From a virus, in IMG/VR virus record IMGVR_UViG_3300042516_001671, positions 31,468 through 95,467 of that record: a stretch of DNA of 64,000 nt. The stretch is one strand, 5' to 3'. Below the pieces are notes generated by a model. That model did not search any database, was not told the DNA's origin, and worked only from the letters and a program-made list of their open reading frames with translations. Position 1 is the stretch's first letter. Every line of letters starts with the position of its first letter. Below, one piece after another: positions 43,300-52,059 of the stretch. The position numbers were made by a program, and so were the translations under genes.

Positions 43300-45630
43300 T
43301 TAGCCCGCTTTGAAGTTGTAGACCTTCGCATGCGGCATCAGGGTTTCCAGCATGCGGCGGATTTCGCTGCGGTTGCTCTGGTAGCGTTCCAGCGTGTCTA
43401 GCGAACAGAGGATGTGCCGCTTCTGCGCCAGTTCGTTCGTCTTGACCTTCCCCAGATCAAGCCAGCCCGCATGCCCAGCCGCCACATACAGGCTCTGAAT
43501 GTTGATCTTGTGATCCTGCATGCCCTGCTGAAGCTCGTCTACCACCGGCTGCCACGGTCCCATGATCGCACCGGGCCGGAACACGCCGACCCTGTTGCGC
43601 ATCGCCTCGGCCAATAGAGCCTCACCTGCAGACAGGCCGCCCTCCATCATCACGGTTTTGGCGTCCGTCACTGGCGGCCGATCCCCCGGCGAGAAATTCG
43701 ATACGTCCCTTGCGCGTAACCAGTGCGCAACATGATCTAGTCCGCCGCCCTGATACCACTGCCAGAGGGCGCGAGCCTCCTGCTGCGACAATATGCCGGC
43801 TTCTGACCACAACACCATCCATCTGCGGTCATCTGCCGATAACGACAGGGATACTCGCTCGTTGCTGAAACCCAGCACCGACAGTCTGTTGACTGCCGGG
43901 TAGGGGTGGCGGCCTTTCTCGTTGACGCTGAAGGTCTCCGGCGGCGCGGCCAGCAAGGGCTTCAGTTTGTTTTCCAGCGCCCGCCTGTCCTGCAATTGCG
44001 GCTCGCGCAGTTCGTTTAGGACGAGGACTTCGCTGAGAACGTAATAATTGAATGCTGACTGTATTTCCTCGGTCGTGACGGTTTTCACATTCTGGCCTGT
44101 CGGCCCGCCGATTGCGTGCAGGAATGGCATCCAAAGAGTATCCTTGCCGCTACCCTGCCGGCCTCCGTGCAGGATGCCGTGATTGATTTTCACGCCGGGA
44201 TGCTGGACTTTGAACGCCATCCAGTCCAGGCAGTGTCGGCGCTCCTCTGCGTCCGGTATCATGCGCTCTACGTGCCCCAACCACGGGCCTACGTCGCCGG
44301 GCACGCCCTGCGGCCTGCCGTCGCGCCAAGTGTTTCCGAATTGCTCTCCGTCGTAGCCCACGAAAAGCCCGTTCCCGGGCGCGTAGATCATGCCGGCCAG
44401 CGTGCGCGCGCCCATCGCAATCCGGTTCTCGTCGTAGCTGGTGCTGGCCGTCACGCGGGCATGCAGTCCGTTTGCGCCAGCGTGGATACTGTGCATTTTG
44501 TGGTGCCGGAATGCCGCGTCGAATGACTTGCGCTCCACCAGTTTTCTGCGGTGCAGGTCGAAGAAATCCGCGCTACTGAGCAGAAACGCAAACCGCTTGT
44601 ACCAATCGGGCGGCTCCAGCGTGCCGATCTCGTCGCTATCTGGCGGCGTCGGGTCCGCTGCCGGCTGCGCCTCGGGCTTCGCTGCGGGGGTCGGCTCAGG
44701 CGCTGGCGCCTGCAGCCATAGCGACACTCTCTGAGCGATCCAGGCCCGCGCGTCGGACCACCGCGCCCACCCGCTATCGGCGCAGTCCCAGCCGTCAGGC
44801 TGGCCTGTGGGGTCGATGATTTTGACCTCTGCCGCCAGCGGCTGCAGGATGGCCGCCAAGCGCTGCATAGCCTCGATGCCGGCAGTGTCAGCGTCAGGCC
44901 ACAGGAGGATTTTCCGGCCCCGGAGGGTCTGCCAGTTCGCTCTGCTGAGAGCCTGCGCGCCACCGGGCCAGGTCACGGCGACGTAAGGCGAGCCCGCCAA
45001 TGCTGCCGCCGCGTCTGCGGCTTTCTCGCCCTCGACCACCAGCACCGGATCGTCGGGGCGGGCCTCCAGTTCCTGCAGCCTGTAAAGCGGGCGCGGGACC
45101 GGCCACTGGCCCATGCCCCAGCCGTCGTGCGCGAAAGTCCAGGGCACGATCTGCTTGCGGCTGTCGGGCGGGTCGTATCTGGCGACGTACCCGAGCACGT
45201 CGCCGTCGCCGTTGAAGTACGTCCAGCGCGCTGACGGCGCGCCGTGGATCGGGTGAATGCAGTCGCAGTCCGCCGCCTCGCTGGGCACCGGCACGATGAC
45301 CTGCCGCTGCGGTTTCGCTGGGCGCGGCTTGGCAGGCACGCTGCTGGCGGGCGCGTCGTCGCTGAGTTCGCGGTACGCCTCGCCCATGGTGATCTCGTGG
45401 ATGGCAGCGTACAGGCTGATGAGATCCCCGCCGCGTTCGCTGGTGGCGAAGTCGGCCCACCGGCCCGACAGTAGGTTTACGCCGCATGAGTCGCCCTCGC
45501 CGCCTGCTAGATCACCGCACACCCACTCATGGCCCCGCCTGCGCCCGCCTGCGAGCCACTGCGGGACGAGGGTTTCCGCGCTGATAAGCAGGCGCTGTGC
45601 GAGGGCTGAGAAGTCGAGTTTCGTTGTCAT
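43300..45630 (-). CDS. Primase-helicase (Toprim + DUF5906/SF3-like P-loop)
   Basis: VVEGEKAAD, LWPDAD, GWDCAD; Walker A GRQGSGKDT; LVLNE. Confidence 0.88.
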   Translation of the reverse strand: MTTKLDFSALAQRLLISAETLVPQWLAGGRRRGHEWVCGDLAGGEGDSCGVNLLSGRWADFATSERGGDLISLYAAIHEITMGEAYRELSDDAPASSVPAKPRPAKPQRQVIVPVPSEAADCDCIHPIHGAPSARWTYFNGDGDVLGYVARYDPPDSRKQIVPWTFAHDGWGMGQWPVPRPLYRLQELEARPDDPVLVVEGEKAADAAAALAGSPYVAVTWPGGAQALSRANWQTLRGRKILLWPDADTAGIEAMQRLAAILQPLAAEVKIIDPTGQPDGWDCADSGWARWSDARAWIAQRVSLWLQAPAPEPTPAAKPEAQPAADPTPPDSDEIGTLEPPDWYKRFAFLLSSADFFDLHRRKLVERKSFDAAFRHHKMHSIHAGANGLHARVTASTSYDENRIAMGARTLAGMIYAPGNGLFVGYDGEQFGNTWRDGRPQGVPGDVGPWLGHVERMIPDAEERRHCLDWMAFKVQHPGVKINHGILHGGRQGSGKDTLWMPFLHAIGGPTGQNVKTVTTEEIQSAFNYYVLSEVLVLNELREPQLQDRRALENKLKPLLAAPPETFSVNEKGRHPYPAVNRLSVLGFSNERVSLSLSADDRRWMVLWSEAGILSQQEARALWQWYQGGGLDHVAHWLRARDVSNFSPGDRPPVTDAKTVMMEGGLSAGEALLAEAMRNRVGVFRPGAIMGPWQPVVDELQQGMQDHKINIQSLYVAAGHAGWLDLGKVKTNELAQKRHILCSLDTLERYQSNRSEIRRMLETLMPHAKVYNFKAG

Positions 45631-46223
45631 GCTGTCCCCCACTGATCAGCCATCGCTGCGGCTATGCCGGCGTATGTTGTGCTGCGGATCTTCCAGCGAT
45701 CCGGGCTCGGGCCGAGGCGGTTCTGTCCGCTGTCGGTCTGGTTGCCCCAGCGCTTCCGTCCGTTGACGATGCGCGGTTCTACGATCTGCGTCGGCCGCAA
45801 TGGCGGCAAATTCTGCAACCACAGGCAGGTTTTCTTCGACGCATCGTGCCCGAACATCCACGGCTGGATGATCTGCTCAGGCTTTTTAATCCATGTGCTG
45901 ATCATGCTCACCGGGTTCTCGATGGCAATGCGCGGGATTGGCGCGTCCATCAATATGTGAACAAACATCAACGCGTTGTGGGTCAGTTGCTCATCGCGCA
46001 ACCCGCGCCGCGTCCAGTGCATGCCACTGACACTCAGGTACGTGCAGGGCGGGTGCGCGATCATCAGATCCCAGCCGTCGTCCAGCACATCGCACACGTC
46101 GCCTTGATAATGCGGCCCCGGCGCATCTGTCGGCAGCAAATCACACGACATCGCATCGTGCCCGCGTGCGCGGAAAGCATCGCGCACGGTGCCGCTGTAT
46201 TCGCAGGCTACAAGTACTCTCAT
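45627..46223 (-). CDS. Short C5-methyltransferase-like protein
   Basis: MRVLVACEYSG, IAHPPCTYL, IENP; start 46223. Confidence 0.8.
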   Translation of the reverse strand: MRVLVACEYSGTVRDAFRARGHDAMSCDLLPTDAPGPHYQGDVCDVLDDGWDLMIAHPPCTYLSVSGMHWTRRGLRDEQLTHNALMFVHILMDAPIPRIAIENPVSMISTWIKKPEQIIQPWMFGHDASKKTCLWLQNLPPLRPTQIVEPRIVNGRKRWGNQTDSGQNRLGPSPDRWKIRSTTYAGIAAAMADQWGTA

Positions 46224-46696
46224 GCATCCCCCAACAGCCTGACGGCATCGTCCACACTGCGGCATACGCCCGCTACGCCGCCGGCCTGCCGGATCGTCTG
46301 CAGGAATTCCTCCTGTCCAGGCCGCATGCGCCCAGTGCGCGACTTGACCTCTATGGCCAGCGTGCGGCCGTCTTTCAGGACGCCCATGATGTCCGACATG
46401 CCGCGCGCGGTGTTGGCGCGGATGTACCGCGTCGAGCCGTCCCTGTTGCGCTCCGCGAAGGTGCCGCTGTTCTGTCGCCAGCACTGCGCCACGCGAGGGT
46501 GCCGCTTCAACAACTGCATGATCGCCCGCAGGATGTCGGCCTCGCTCGGCTCCGTGCTAGGTTTCGCTGCGGCGCGTTTTTTCGGCTCTGGCGGGATGTC
46601 GATCTGCCGCACCGGCTTTCCCGACAGGGCTGCGTACAGCGCCTCGGATTTCTGATTGGCGAGCATGATCTCGCGCAGCGTGCGGCGGCCTCTCAT
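46220..46696 (-). CDS. VRR-NUC family nuclease
   Basis: E...GMSDI...AIEVK...GRMRPGQ. Confidence 0.85.
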   Translation of the reverse strand: MRGRRTLREIMLANQKSEALYAALSGKPVRQIDIPPEPKKRAAAKPSTEPSEADILRAIMQLLKRHPRVAQCWRQNSGTFAERNRDGSTRYIRANTARGMSDIMGVLKDGRTLAIEVKSRTGRMRPGQEEFLQTIRQAGGVAGVCRSVDDAVRLLGDA

Positions 46697-47007
46697 CGCT
46701 TCGCCTCCTGCGCGCACCGCGCCGCATACGCCCACACCGACGCCGCTTGCTCATGCGCCTTCAGCTTGTGCTGCACCAACGGCCTGATGGCCAACTTCGG
46801 CGGCGGCGGAGCACCGGCAATCACCCACACCCAAGTGTGCTCATTGATGCGGCGTTTCTGCAGCCTGCCCTGCACGCGCAGCTTTCTCAGATGCTGCGCC
46901 GCAGTGTCCTGCTTGCAGCCCAGGTGCGCCGCCACTTGCTCACGCAGCACCGGCTGATGCGCCTGCACGAAAGCCAGAACCGCCAGTTTTTCGTCGCTGA
47001 GAATCAT
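46693..47007 (-). CDS. Winged-HTH protein, paralog of 47430..47705
   Basis: REQVAAHLGCKQDTAAQHLRKL; SVWAYA. Confidence 0.7.
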   Translation of the reverse strand: MILSDEKLAVLAFVQAHQPVLREQVAAHLGCKQDTAAQHLRKLRVQGRLQKRRINEHTWVWVIAGAPPPPKLAIRPLVQHKLKAHEQAASVWAYAARCAQEAKR

Positions 47008-47210
47008 TCGACTGGCCTCCACGGAACCATCTTCGTACGCAGCTTCGCCTCCGCAGCACGGATCAGAAACCGCGCCTGCGTTTCCGTCACGCCAGGCAGC
47101 GCGGCCTTGAACCATAGGCGCCCGATTTCGTCGTCCGTCAGGCTGACGTGCCGGCACTTGTCCAGCAGGGCGAGCGTGCCCGCGGGGGCGACTTCCCAGT
47201 CTGAGGTCAT
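47004..47210 (-). CDS. Phage hypothetical protein
   Basis: ATGA coupled; LTDDEI...RAAEAKL. Confidence 0.6.
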   Translation of the reverse strand: MTSDWEVAPAGTLALLDKCRHVSLTDDEIGRLWFKAALPGVTETQARFLIRAAEAKLRTKMVPWRPVE

Positions 47211-47440
47211 TTCTTCGCCCCCCTCTTGGCTTCCGGCCAAGCCCACCAAATCCTGCGCTGCACATCGGCAGGCGCCGCCATCGCAGCCATCTCGGCAGCT
47301 TCCTCGGCGGAAAACCACGGGGTCGCGACGAGAGACCACTTTGAGCCGTCCCACCAGCGGTGAAACCGACCCGTGCGGGCCACGCTGGCGCGATACCACC
47401 CAACTGCGGGCGGCGGGCCGGGGTTCCATTCAACGTCCAT
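47207..47440 (-). CDS. Trp-rich phage hypothetical protein
   Basis: GPPPAVGWY...RWWDGSKWS. Confidence 0.65.
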   Translation of the reverse strand: MDVEWNPGPPPAVGWYRASVARTGRFHRWWDGSKWSLVATPWFSAEEAAEMAAMAAPADVQRRIWWAWPEAKRGAKK

Positions 47441-47705
47441 GCTGCAACCTCATTGCATAGTCCCACACTGACGGGCACTGCTCAATCGCCCGCATAACGG
47501 GCGCCGAAGGGCGCTGCACCGGCACCCAGCGAGCGTGCCGCCCCAAGCCCACGGCCTGGATGAGCCCGTGATTTTTGAGCGCCCACAAGTGCTGCTGCGC
47601 CGTGGCTGGCTTGCATCGCATGATGCTACGAATCGTTGCCAAGGCGGCTGGCTTGTGGGCGCAGACGGCATCGTATGCCTCCTGCTGGCGTGGGGTTAGG
47701 TTCAT
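47430..47705 (-). CDS. Winged-HTH protein (LexA-N-like)
   Basis: MNLTPRQQEAY...TAQQHLWALK..GLI; first gene of the leftward operon. Confidence 0.7.
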   Translation of the reverse strand: MNLTPRQQEAYDAVCAHKPAALATIRSIMRCKPATAQQHLWALKNHGLIQAVGLGRHARWVPVQRPSAPVMRAIEQCPSVWDYAMRLQHGR

Positions 47706-47778
47706 GGGCCGCGATCATAGGCCCGCACCGCCCGACGCGTCCATATCCCGACTAATCCGCACGGGTATACGATGCTGC

Positions 47779-47806
47779 TTGACGTTCCCCGATGCTCGGC
47801 TATGAT
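47779..47806 (+). promoter_or_regulatory. Sigma70-like promoter of the rightward early operon
   Basis: TTGACG - 16 bp - TATGAT in the divergent intergenic gap. Confidence 0.6.
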
Positions 47807-47848
47807 GCCCTTGCGTTGCGGCGCATCCCGCAGATAACAGGAGCGACA

Positions 47849-48244
47849 GTGAACATCAGCAACATCCCCGGCCCCGGCGACACCGCCACCTGGCCATCGT
47901 ACCCCGCCGGCTTCGACGGCGACAACCCGTGGCTCGCGGACGCCCGCGATCACCTGCTGGCCTGCGTGGACGATTGGGCTCTGTGGTTGGCCGACTGCGA
48001 GGGCTGGCCCGGTGAGAGCCTGGCCGCAAACGTGGATCACTGCGGCGAGGACATGACCCGCGTCAACACCGTGACCCTGTTCGCCGTCGTGCTTGCCGGC
48101 ACCAGCGAGCAGTGCCTGCGGGCGCGGCATGAGCTGCGCGAGCGGTTCGTCAAGGCGAAGCAGGCCCGCATCGCGGAACTGGCCGAGGACATGATCCGGG
48201 CCGAGGCGGATTCGTGGGAATCGCGGAATGCGGGGGAGTTCTGA
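47849..48244 (+). CDS. Phage hypothetical protein
   Basis: AGGAG RBS then GTG at 47849. Confidence 0.65.
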   Translation: MNISNIPGPGDTATWPSYPAGFDGDNPWLADARDHLLACVDDWALWLADCEGWPGESLAANVDHCGEDMTRVNTVTLFAVVLAGTSEQCLRARHELRERFVKAKQARIAELAEDMIRAEADSWESRNAGEF

Positions 48245-48245
48245 C

Positions 48246-48452
48246 ATGAAGACCACCGCAATCAGCACCCTGACCGCTGCCGACGTCGCATTCGTGCTGG
48301 AGGTGCTGCAGCAGGCGCAAGACATGTCGCCCACTGCCGACGCTTACGACATCGGCATTCTTCGCGCCCGCGCCTTCGCCGCCGCCTCTAGGCTGCGCAT
48401 CCACAGCGGCATTGAGAGTGTCATTGTGCCAATCAAGGAGGAAGCATCGTGA
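48246..48452 (+). CDS. Phage hypothetical protein
   Basis: GGAG RBS; ATG at 48246. Confidence 0.6.
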   Translation: MKTTAISTLTAADVAFVLEVLQQAQDMSPTADAYDIGILRARAFAAASRLRIHSGIESVIVPIKEEAS

Positions 48453-49084
48453 TCCTCGAAACCGCAGACCAACGTTCCGACGACTGGTACGCCGCCCGCT
48501 GCGGCAAGGCCACCGCCAGCAGGTTCAAGGACGTCATGGCCCGCCTCAAGAACGGCGCACCCGCCGCCGACCGCCAGCGTTACCTGACGGAACTGGTGGT
48601 CGAGCGCCTCACCGGCCAGCCGGTGCCGGCATACGAGAACGCCGCCATGCGCTGGGGCACGGAGCAGGAAGCCGCTGCCCGGGCCGCATACGAGCGGCGC
48701 ACGGGCGTGGCGGTGGAGGAGACGGGCTTCGTCGCCCACGACACCCTGTACGCAGGCTGCAGCCCGGACGGCCTGGTGGACTGGGACGGGCTGATCGAGA
48801 TCAAGTGCCCGTTCAACAGCGCCGTCCACATCGACACGCTGCTCAACGGCATGCCGGCAGAGCACGTGCCGCAGGTGCAGGGTCAGATGTGGATTACCGG
48901 CCGGCAGTGGTGCGATTTCGTGAGCTTCGATCCCCGCATGCCTGAGCCGCTGCAACTGCACGTCCAGCGCATCAACCGTGACCCGGCGTATGTTGCCGAC
49001 CTCGAGCGCCAGGTCACGGAGTTCCTTGCCGAGGTCGGCGCACAAGTCGAGGCGCTGCGGCGCCTTGCGGAAAGCAGGAAATGA
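48449..49084 (+). CDS. YqaJ / lambda-exonuclease family protein
   Basis: QRSDDWYAARCG..TAS, CSPDGL...IEIKCP, QVQGQMW. Confidence 0.92.
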   Translation: MILETADQRSDDWYAARCGKATASRFKDVMARLKNGAPAADRQRYLTELVVERLTGQPVPAYENAAMRWGTEQEAAARAAYERRTGVAVEETGFVAHDTLYAGCSPDGLVDWDGLIEIKCPFNSAVHIDTLLNGMPAEHVPQVQGQMWITGRQWCDFVSFDPRMPEPLQLHVQRINRDPAYVADLERQVTEFLAEVGAQVEALRRLAESRK

Positions 49085-49338
49085 CTCAGGAAAAGCAGAA
49101 GCGCCCCTACACGCGCAAGATGAAGGTCTACATCGTCACGGATCGTGACGGAAACGAGCGTCTGGTGCGGGCCTACACCTCGGCCGATGCGCTGCGCCAT
49201 GTCACGCCCACGTTCAACGTGACGCCCGCCGATCAGGACGACATCATCTCGCTGATGGCCTCGGGCGTGGCGGTGGAAACCGCGGGCATCCAGGAGCAGG
49301 AACTGCCGGCAGGTGAAGCCGCGGGCCTGAGCGACTAA
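49081..49338 (+). CDS. Phage hypothetical protein
   Basis: RLVRA....ALRHV. Confidence 0.7.
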   Translation: MTQEKQKRPYTRKMKVYIVTDRDGNERLVRAYTSADALRHVTPTFNVTPADQDDIISLMASGVAVETAGIQEQELPAGEAAGLSD

Positions 49339-49373
49339 ACCACAGGGGCGGTACGCCGCCCCGGAGAACAACC

Positions 49374-50099
49374 ATGACAGCACTTGTCCCCGTAGACCAG
49401 ATCGAGCGCATGGCGCTCGCGGTCGCCAAATCCGGCCTGTTCGGCGTCAAGACGCCCGACCAAGCGATGGCCCTCATGCTGGTGGCGCAGGCGGAAGGCA
49501 TGCACCCCGCGATTGCCGCCCGCGATTACCACGTTATCAATGGCCGCCCAACGCTGCGCGCCGACGCCATGCTGGCCCGTTTCCAGCAGGCCGGCGGCAA
49601 AGTGGAGTGGGGCGAGTACACCGACCGCAAGGTCGTCGGCACGTTCACCCACCCGCAGGGCGGCAGTGTCCGCATTGAGTGGACGACGGACATGGCCGTC
49701 AGCGCCGGCCTGACGCGCAACCCGACGTGGAAGTCCTACCCCCGGCAGATGCTGCGGGCGCGGTGCATCAGCGAAGGCATCCGCACCATCTACCCCGGCG
49801 TGGCCATCGGCACCTACACGCCAGAGGAGGCCGAGGACATGGCCCCGCGCCCAGCCCGCGACATGGGCGCTGTCGAAGAGGTGGCCCCGCCGCCGCCGCC
49901 GGCAGTGGACGTGGAAGCTCTGGTGCGCGACATTGACGGCGCCGCCACGCTGGAGTTTCTGGAACTGCTGCGCCCGCAGATGCGCCAGGTGCCGAAAGGC
50001 CCCGACCGCGACCGCGTGGTGGCCGCAGTGCAGCGCCGTGCAGAGGAGATCCGCGCTGAGCAGGCGCCCGCGCCCGAGGCGGAAGGGGGTGCGTTGTGA
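49374..50099 (+). CDS. Single-strand annealing recombinase (RecT-like)
   Basis: HVINGRP...WKSYPRQML.AR...YTPEE; near the exonuclease. Confidence 0.78.
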   Translation: MTALVPVDQIERMALAVAKSGLFGVKTPDQAMALMLVAQAEGMHPAIAARDYHVINGRPTLRADAMLARFQQAGGKVEWGEYTDRKVVGTFTHPQGGSVRIEWTTDMAVSAGLTRNPTWKSYPRQMLRARCISEGIRTIYPGVAIGTYTPEEAEDMAPRPARDMGAVEEVAPPPPPAVDVEALVRDIDGAATLEFLELLRPQMRQVPKGPDRDRVVAAVQRRAEEIRAEQAPAPEAEGGAL

Positions 50100-50311
50100 G
50101 TGCCGCCAGCCAACCCCCCGATCAGCACCTGATCACCCCCGCCCAATTGGGCATCCGCTGGGGCCTGAGCCTGCACACGCTCAGTCAGTGGCGGGCCAAT
50201 AACAGCGGGCCGGCTTACCTGCGCCTCGGTGACGGCGAGCGGCCGCGCATCAGGTATCGGCTGGTGGACGTGCAGGAATACGAGCGCCGGCAACTGGAGA
50301 ACCGGCAGTAA
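50096..50311 (+). CDS. Excisionase/AlpA-like HTH protein
   Basis: ITPAQLGIRWGLSLHTLSQWR...GPAY...IRY. Confidence 0.8.
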   Translation: MSAASQPPDQHLITPAQLGIRWGLSLHTLSQWRANNSGPAYLRLGDGERPRIRYRLVDVQEYERRQLENRQ

Positions 50312-50316
50312 TACGT

Positions 50317-50590
50317 AATACACGGCACGGCGAGGCAGGGCACGGCACGGCCAGGCGAGGCAGGGCATGGCACGGCTCGGCAACGCACGGCATGGCAGGG
50401 CGAGGTACATGGCACGGCGTGGCGTGGCCAGGCATGGCGCAGCCAGGCACGGCGAGGCAAGGTACGCGGCTTGGCAAGGCCCGGCGTGGCGTGGCAAGGC
50501 ACGGCAAGGCAAGGTACATGGCTTGGCAGGGCAAGGCTCGGCAGGGCAAGGCTTGGCGCGGCAAGGCAGGGCAATTTCTGCCCGAATTTG
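50317..50590 (+). repeat. Segmented GGC-NN pentamer array; candidate guide-RNA array
   Basis: 46 pentamers in blocks of 16/10/9/11 (50324-50403, 50411-50460, 50468-50512, 50520-50574), separated by GGTACAT, GGTACGC, GGTACAT; small GGGCA/TGCCC hairpin at the 3' end. Confidence 0.9.
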
Positions 50591-50618
50591 AGTGTTTTTC
50601 AACCAATGGAGTACAGTG

Positions 50619-51197
50619 ATGAAACTGATCGACATCGAAATTCGCGGCATTCAACCGCTTCTCATGCACCGTTTTGCGGAGGACGCGGAGACGGCCAGCA
50701 GCAGCAAGGCGCGCGGCATCGTGCAGGACAGGGGCACGCCCCGCGAACAGGCCGAGAAGGTTGCCTACCGGCATCCTGACGGCACGTTCTACATCTCGGC
50801 GTTCGCCATTCCCAACGCTATCGGCGCGGCCGGCGCGAGCTACAAGATGCCCGGTTCGCGCAAAAGCATGCGGTTCATTGTGCCCAGCGCAATCCGCATC
50901 TTTGAGCCCACCATCACGGTGATGAACGGCGCAGGCCCTGCCAAGGATTTCGAGGTGGACTCGCGCCCGGTGACGATCCCCGCCACCAAAGGCCGCGTCA
51001 TGCGCCACCGCCCGCGCTTTGACTGCTGGGGCCTGCAGTTCAGCATCGGTGTGGACGACACGTTGATGAAAGTCAGCGACGCGCAGATGCTGCTGGAGCA
51101 GGCCGGCCTGAGCATTGGCATCGGGGATTTTCGTCCTGAGAAGCGCGGCCCGTTTGGCACGTTCCGCGTGACCCGTTTTGAGGAGCTCGCAGAATGA
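50619..51197 (+). CDS. Solitary RAMP/Cas7-like protein (192 aa)
   Basis: GGAG RBS at 50608; N-terminal IEIRGIQPLLMH strand, FYISAFAIPNAI, C-terminal Gly-rich loop AGLSIGIGDFRPEKRGPFGTFRV. Confidence 0.75.
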   Translation: MKLIDIEIRGIQPLLMHRFAEDAETASSSKARGIVQDRGTPREQAEKVAYRHPDGTFYISAFAIPNAIGAAGASYKMPGSRKSMRFIVPSAIRIFEPTITVMNGAGPAKDFEVDSRPVTIPATKGRVMRHRPRFDCWGLQFSIGVDDTLMKVSDAQMLLEQAGLSIGIGDFRPEKRGPFGTFRVTRFEELAE

Positions 51198-51391
51198 GCG
51201 CCGCCCGCGAATTCCTCGCGGGCCTGTTCCGCCCCGCGTCGCCCGAGGTTCTGGCAGCGCGTGAGCTGGACGAGGCCCGCCGGCAGTTGCTGGCCGCAGA
51301 GTCCGCTGCGGAATACGCGGACGCGATGTGCGCTTACCACCGTTCGCGGATTGAGCGGTTGCAGCGGTATTTGAAAGGAGAGCAGGAATGA
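51194..51391 (+). CDS. Phage hypothetical coiled-coil protein
   Basis: ATGA coupled to the RAMP-like gene. Confidence 0.7.
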   Translation: MSAAREFLAGLFRPASPEVLAARELDEARRQLLAAESAAEYADAMCAYHRSRIERLQRYLKGEQE

Positions 51392-51609
51392 AAGACACCG
51401 GAGGACCGGCGTTTCCCGTGAAGACGGCGATGCTCGATTGCACGCAGACCGGCATGACCCTGCGCGACTACTTTGCGGCGAAGGTGATGGAAGGGATTTG
51501 GACAAACAGTGAGATTCTTGCGACTTTGAAACGCGGGCAAGAGTCGAAAGAAATTGCTATGTTAGCCTATGAGCAGGCCGACGCCATGCTGAAAGCGAGG
51601 CAACCATGA
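51388..51609 (+). CDS. Conserved small phage protein (GGPAFP...GMTLRDYFAA...ADAML)
   Basis: Widespread phage motif set. Confidence 0.8.
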   Translation: MKDTGGPAFPVKTAMLDCTQTGMTLRDYFAAKVMEGIWTNSEILATLKRGQESKEIAMLAYEQADAMLKARQP

Positions 51610-51851
51610 CCACCGAAGACAAAATCCGCCGAGTGCTGCACCCCGAGGCGCACGAACCCATGCCGTACAACCCGCGCCTGGGGGTGGGCTGGGACCAGCA
51701 GGGCAGGCATCCGCAGGCTGCGGAGCCGTGCGTCGATCTTGATGAACTGGGCGTGCGGTTGCCCGAGCCCGATCCGTGGTGGCCCTACATCCTGGGCGCA
51801 GTGGCGGGACTGCTGGCGCTGGTGCTGGTGTTTGCGCCGTTGGGGAGGTGA
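51606..51851 (+). CDS. Small membrane protein, paralog of 15..263
   Basis: Direct sequence similarity to 15..263. Confidence 0.8.
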   Translation: MTTEDKIRRVLHPEAHEPMPYNPRLGVGWDQQGRHPQAAEPCVDLDELGVRLPEPDPWWPYILGAVAGLLALVLVFAPLGR

Positions 51852-51852
51852 G

Positions 51853-52059
51853 ATGAAACTCACACCATGGTTCCCCGGCAGCGTCAAGCCGGTGCGGGTT
51901 GGCGTGTACGAGCGAGAGTACGGAAACGGCTGGCATAGCTACAACTACTGGAACGGCAAGGCATGGTCCAGCCCAAGCCCGGTTCCCAAAGGAGCTGAGA
52001 TTTTCAAATCCTTTCGCAGTGCGTACCAAAACGTCCGTTGGCGCGGGGTGATGAAATGA
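51853..52059 (+). CDS. Phage hypothetical protein, paralog of 3731..3964
   Basis: GGAGG RBS; MKLTPWFPG. Confidence 0.75.
   Translation: MKLTPWFPGSVKPVRVGVYEREYGNGWHSYNYWNGKAWSSPSPVPKGAEIFKSFRSAYQNVRWRGVMK

Noticed and set aside
49345-49362. GGGGCGG-TACG-CCGCCCC hairpin before the annealase gene
   Set aside because: A real stem-loop but with no U-tract; cannot be called a terminator or ncRNA from sequence alone.
50324-50574. Canonical CRISPR array or plain microsatellite
   Set aside because: No 23-47-bp repeats with unique spacers and no cas1/cas2. Variation is confined to two of five positions with regular heptamer punctuation, unlike slippage repeats.
49814-50779. ORFs crossing the pentamer array (49814..50650 -, 50215..50574 -, 50367..50591 +, 50392..50619 +, 50471..50779 +)
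   Set aside because: Open in nearly every frame only because GGC-NN lacks stop codons; the products are PCLA/ARHG low-complexity strings with no clear RBS, and several overlap real genes.
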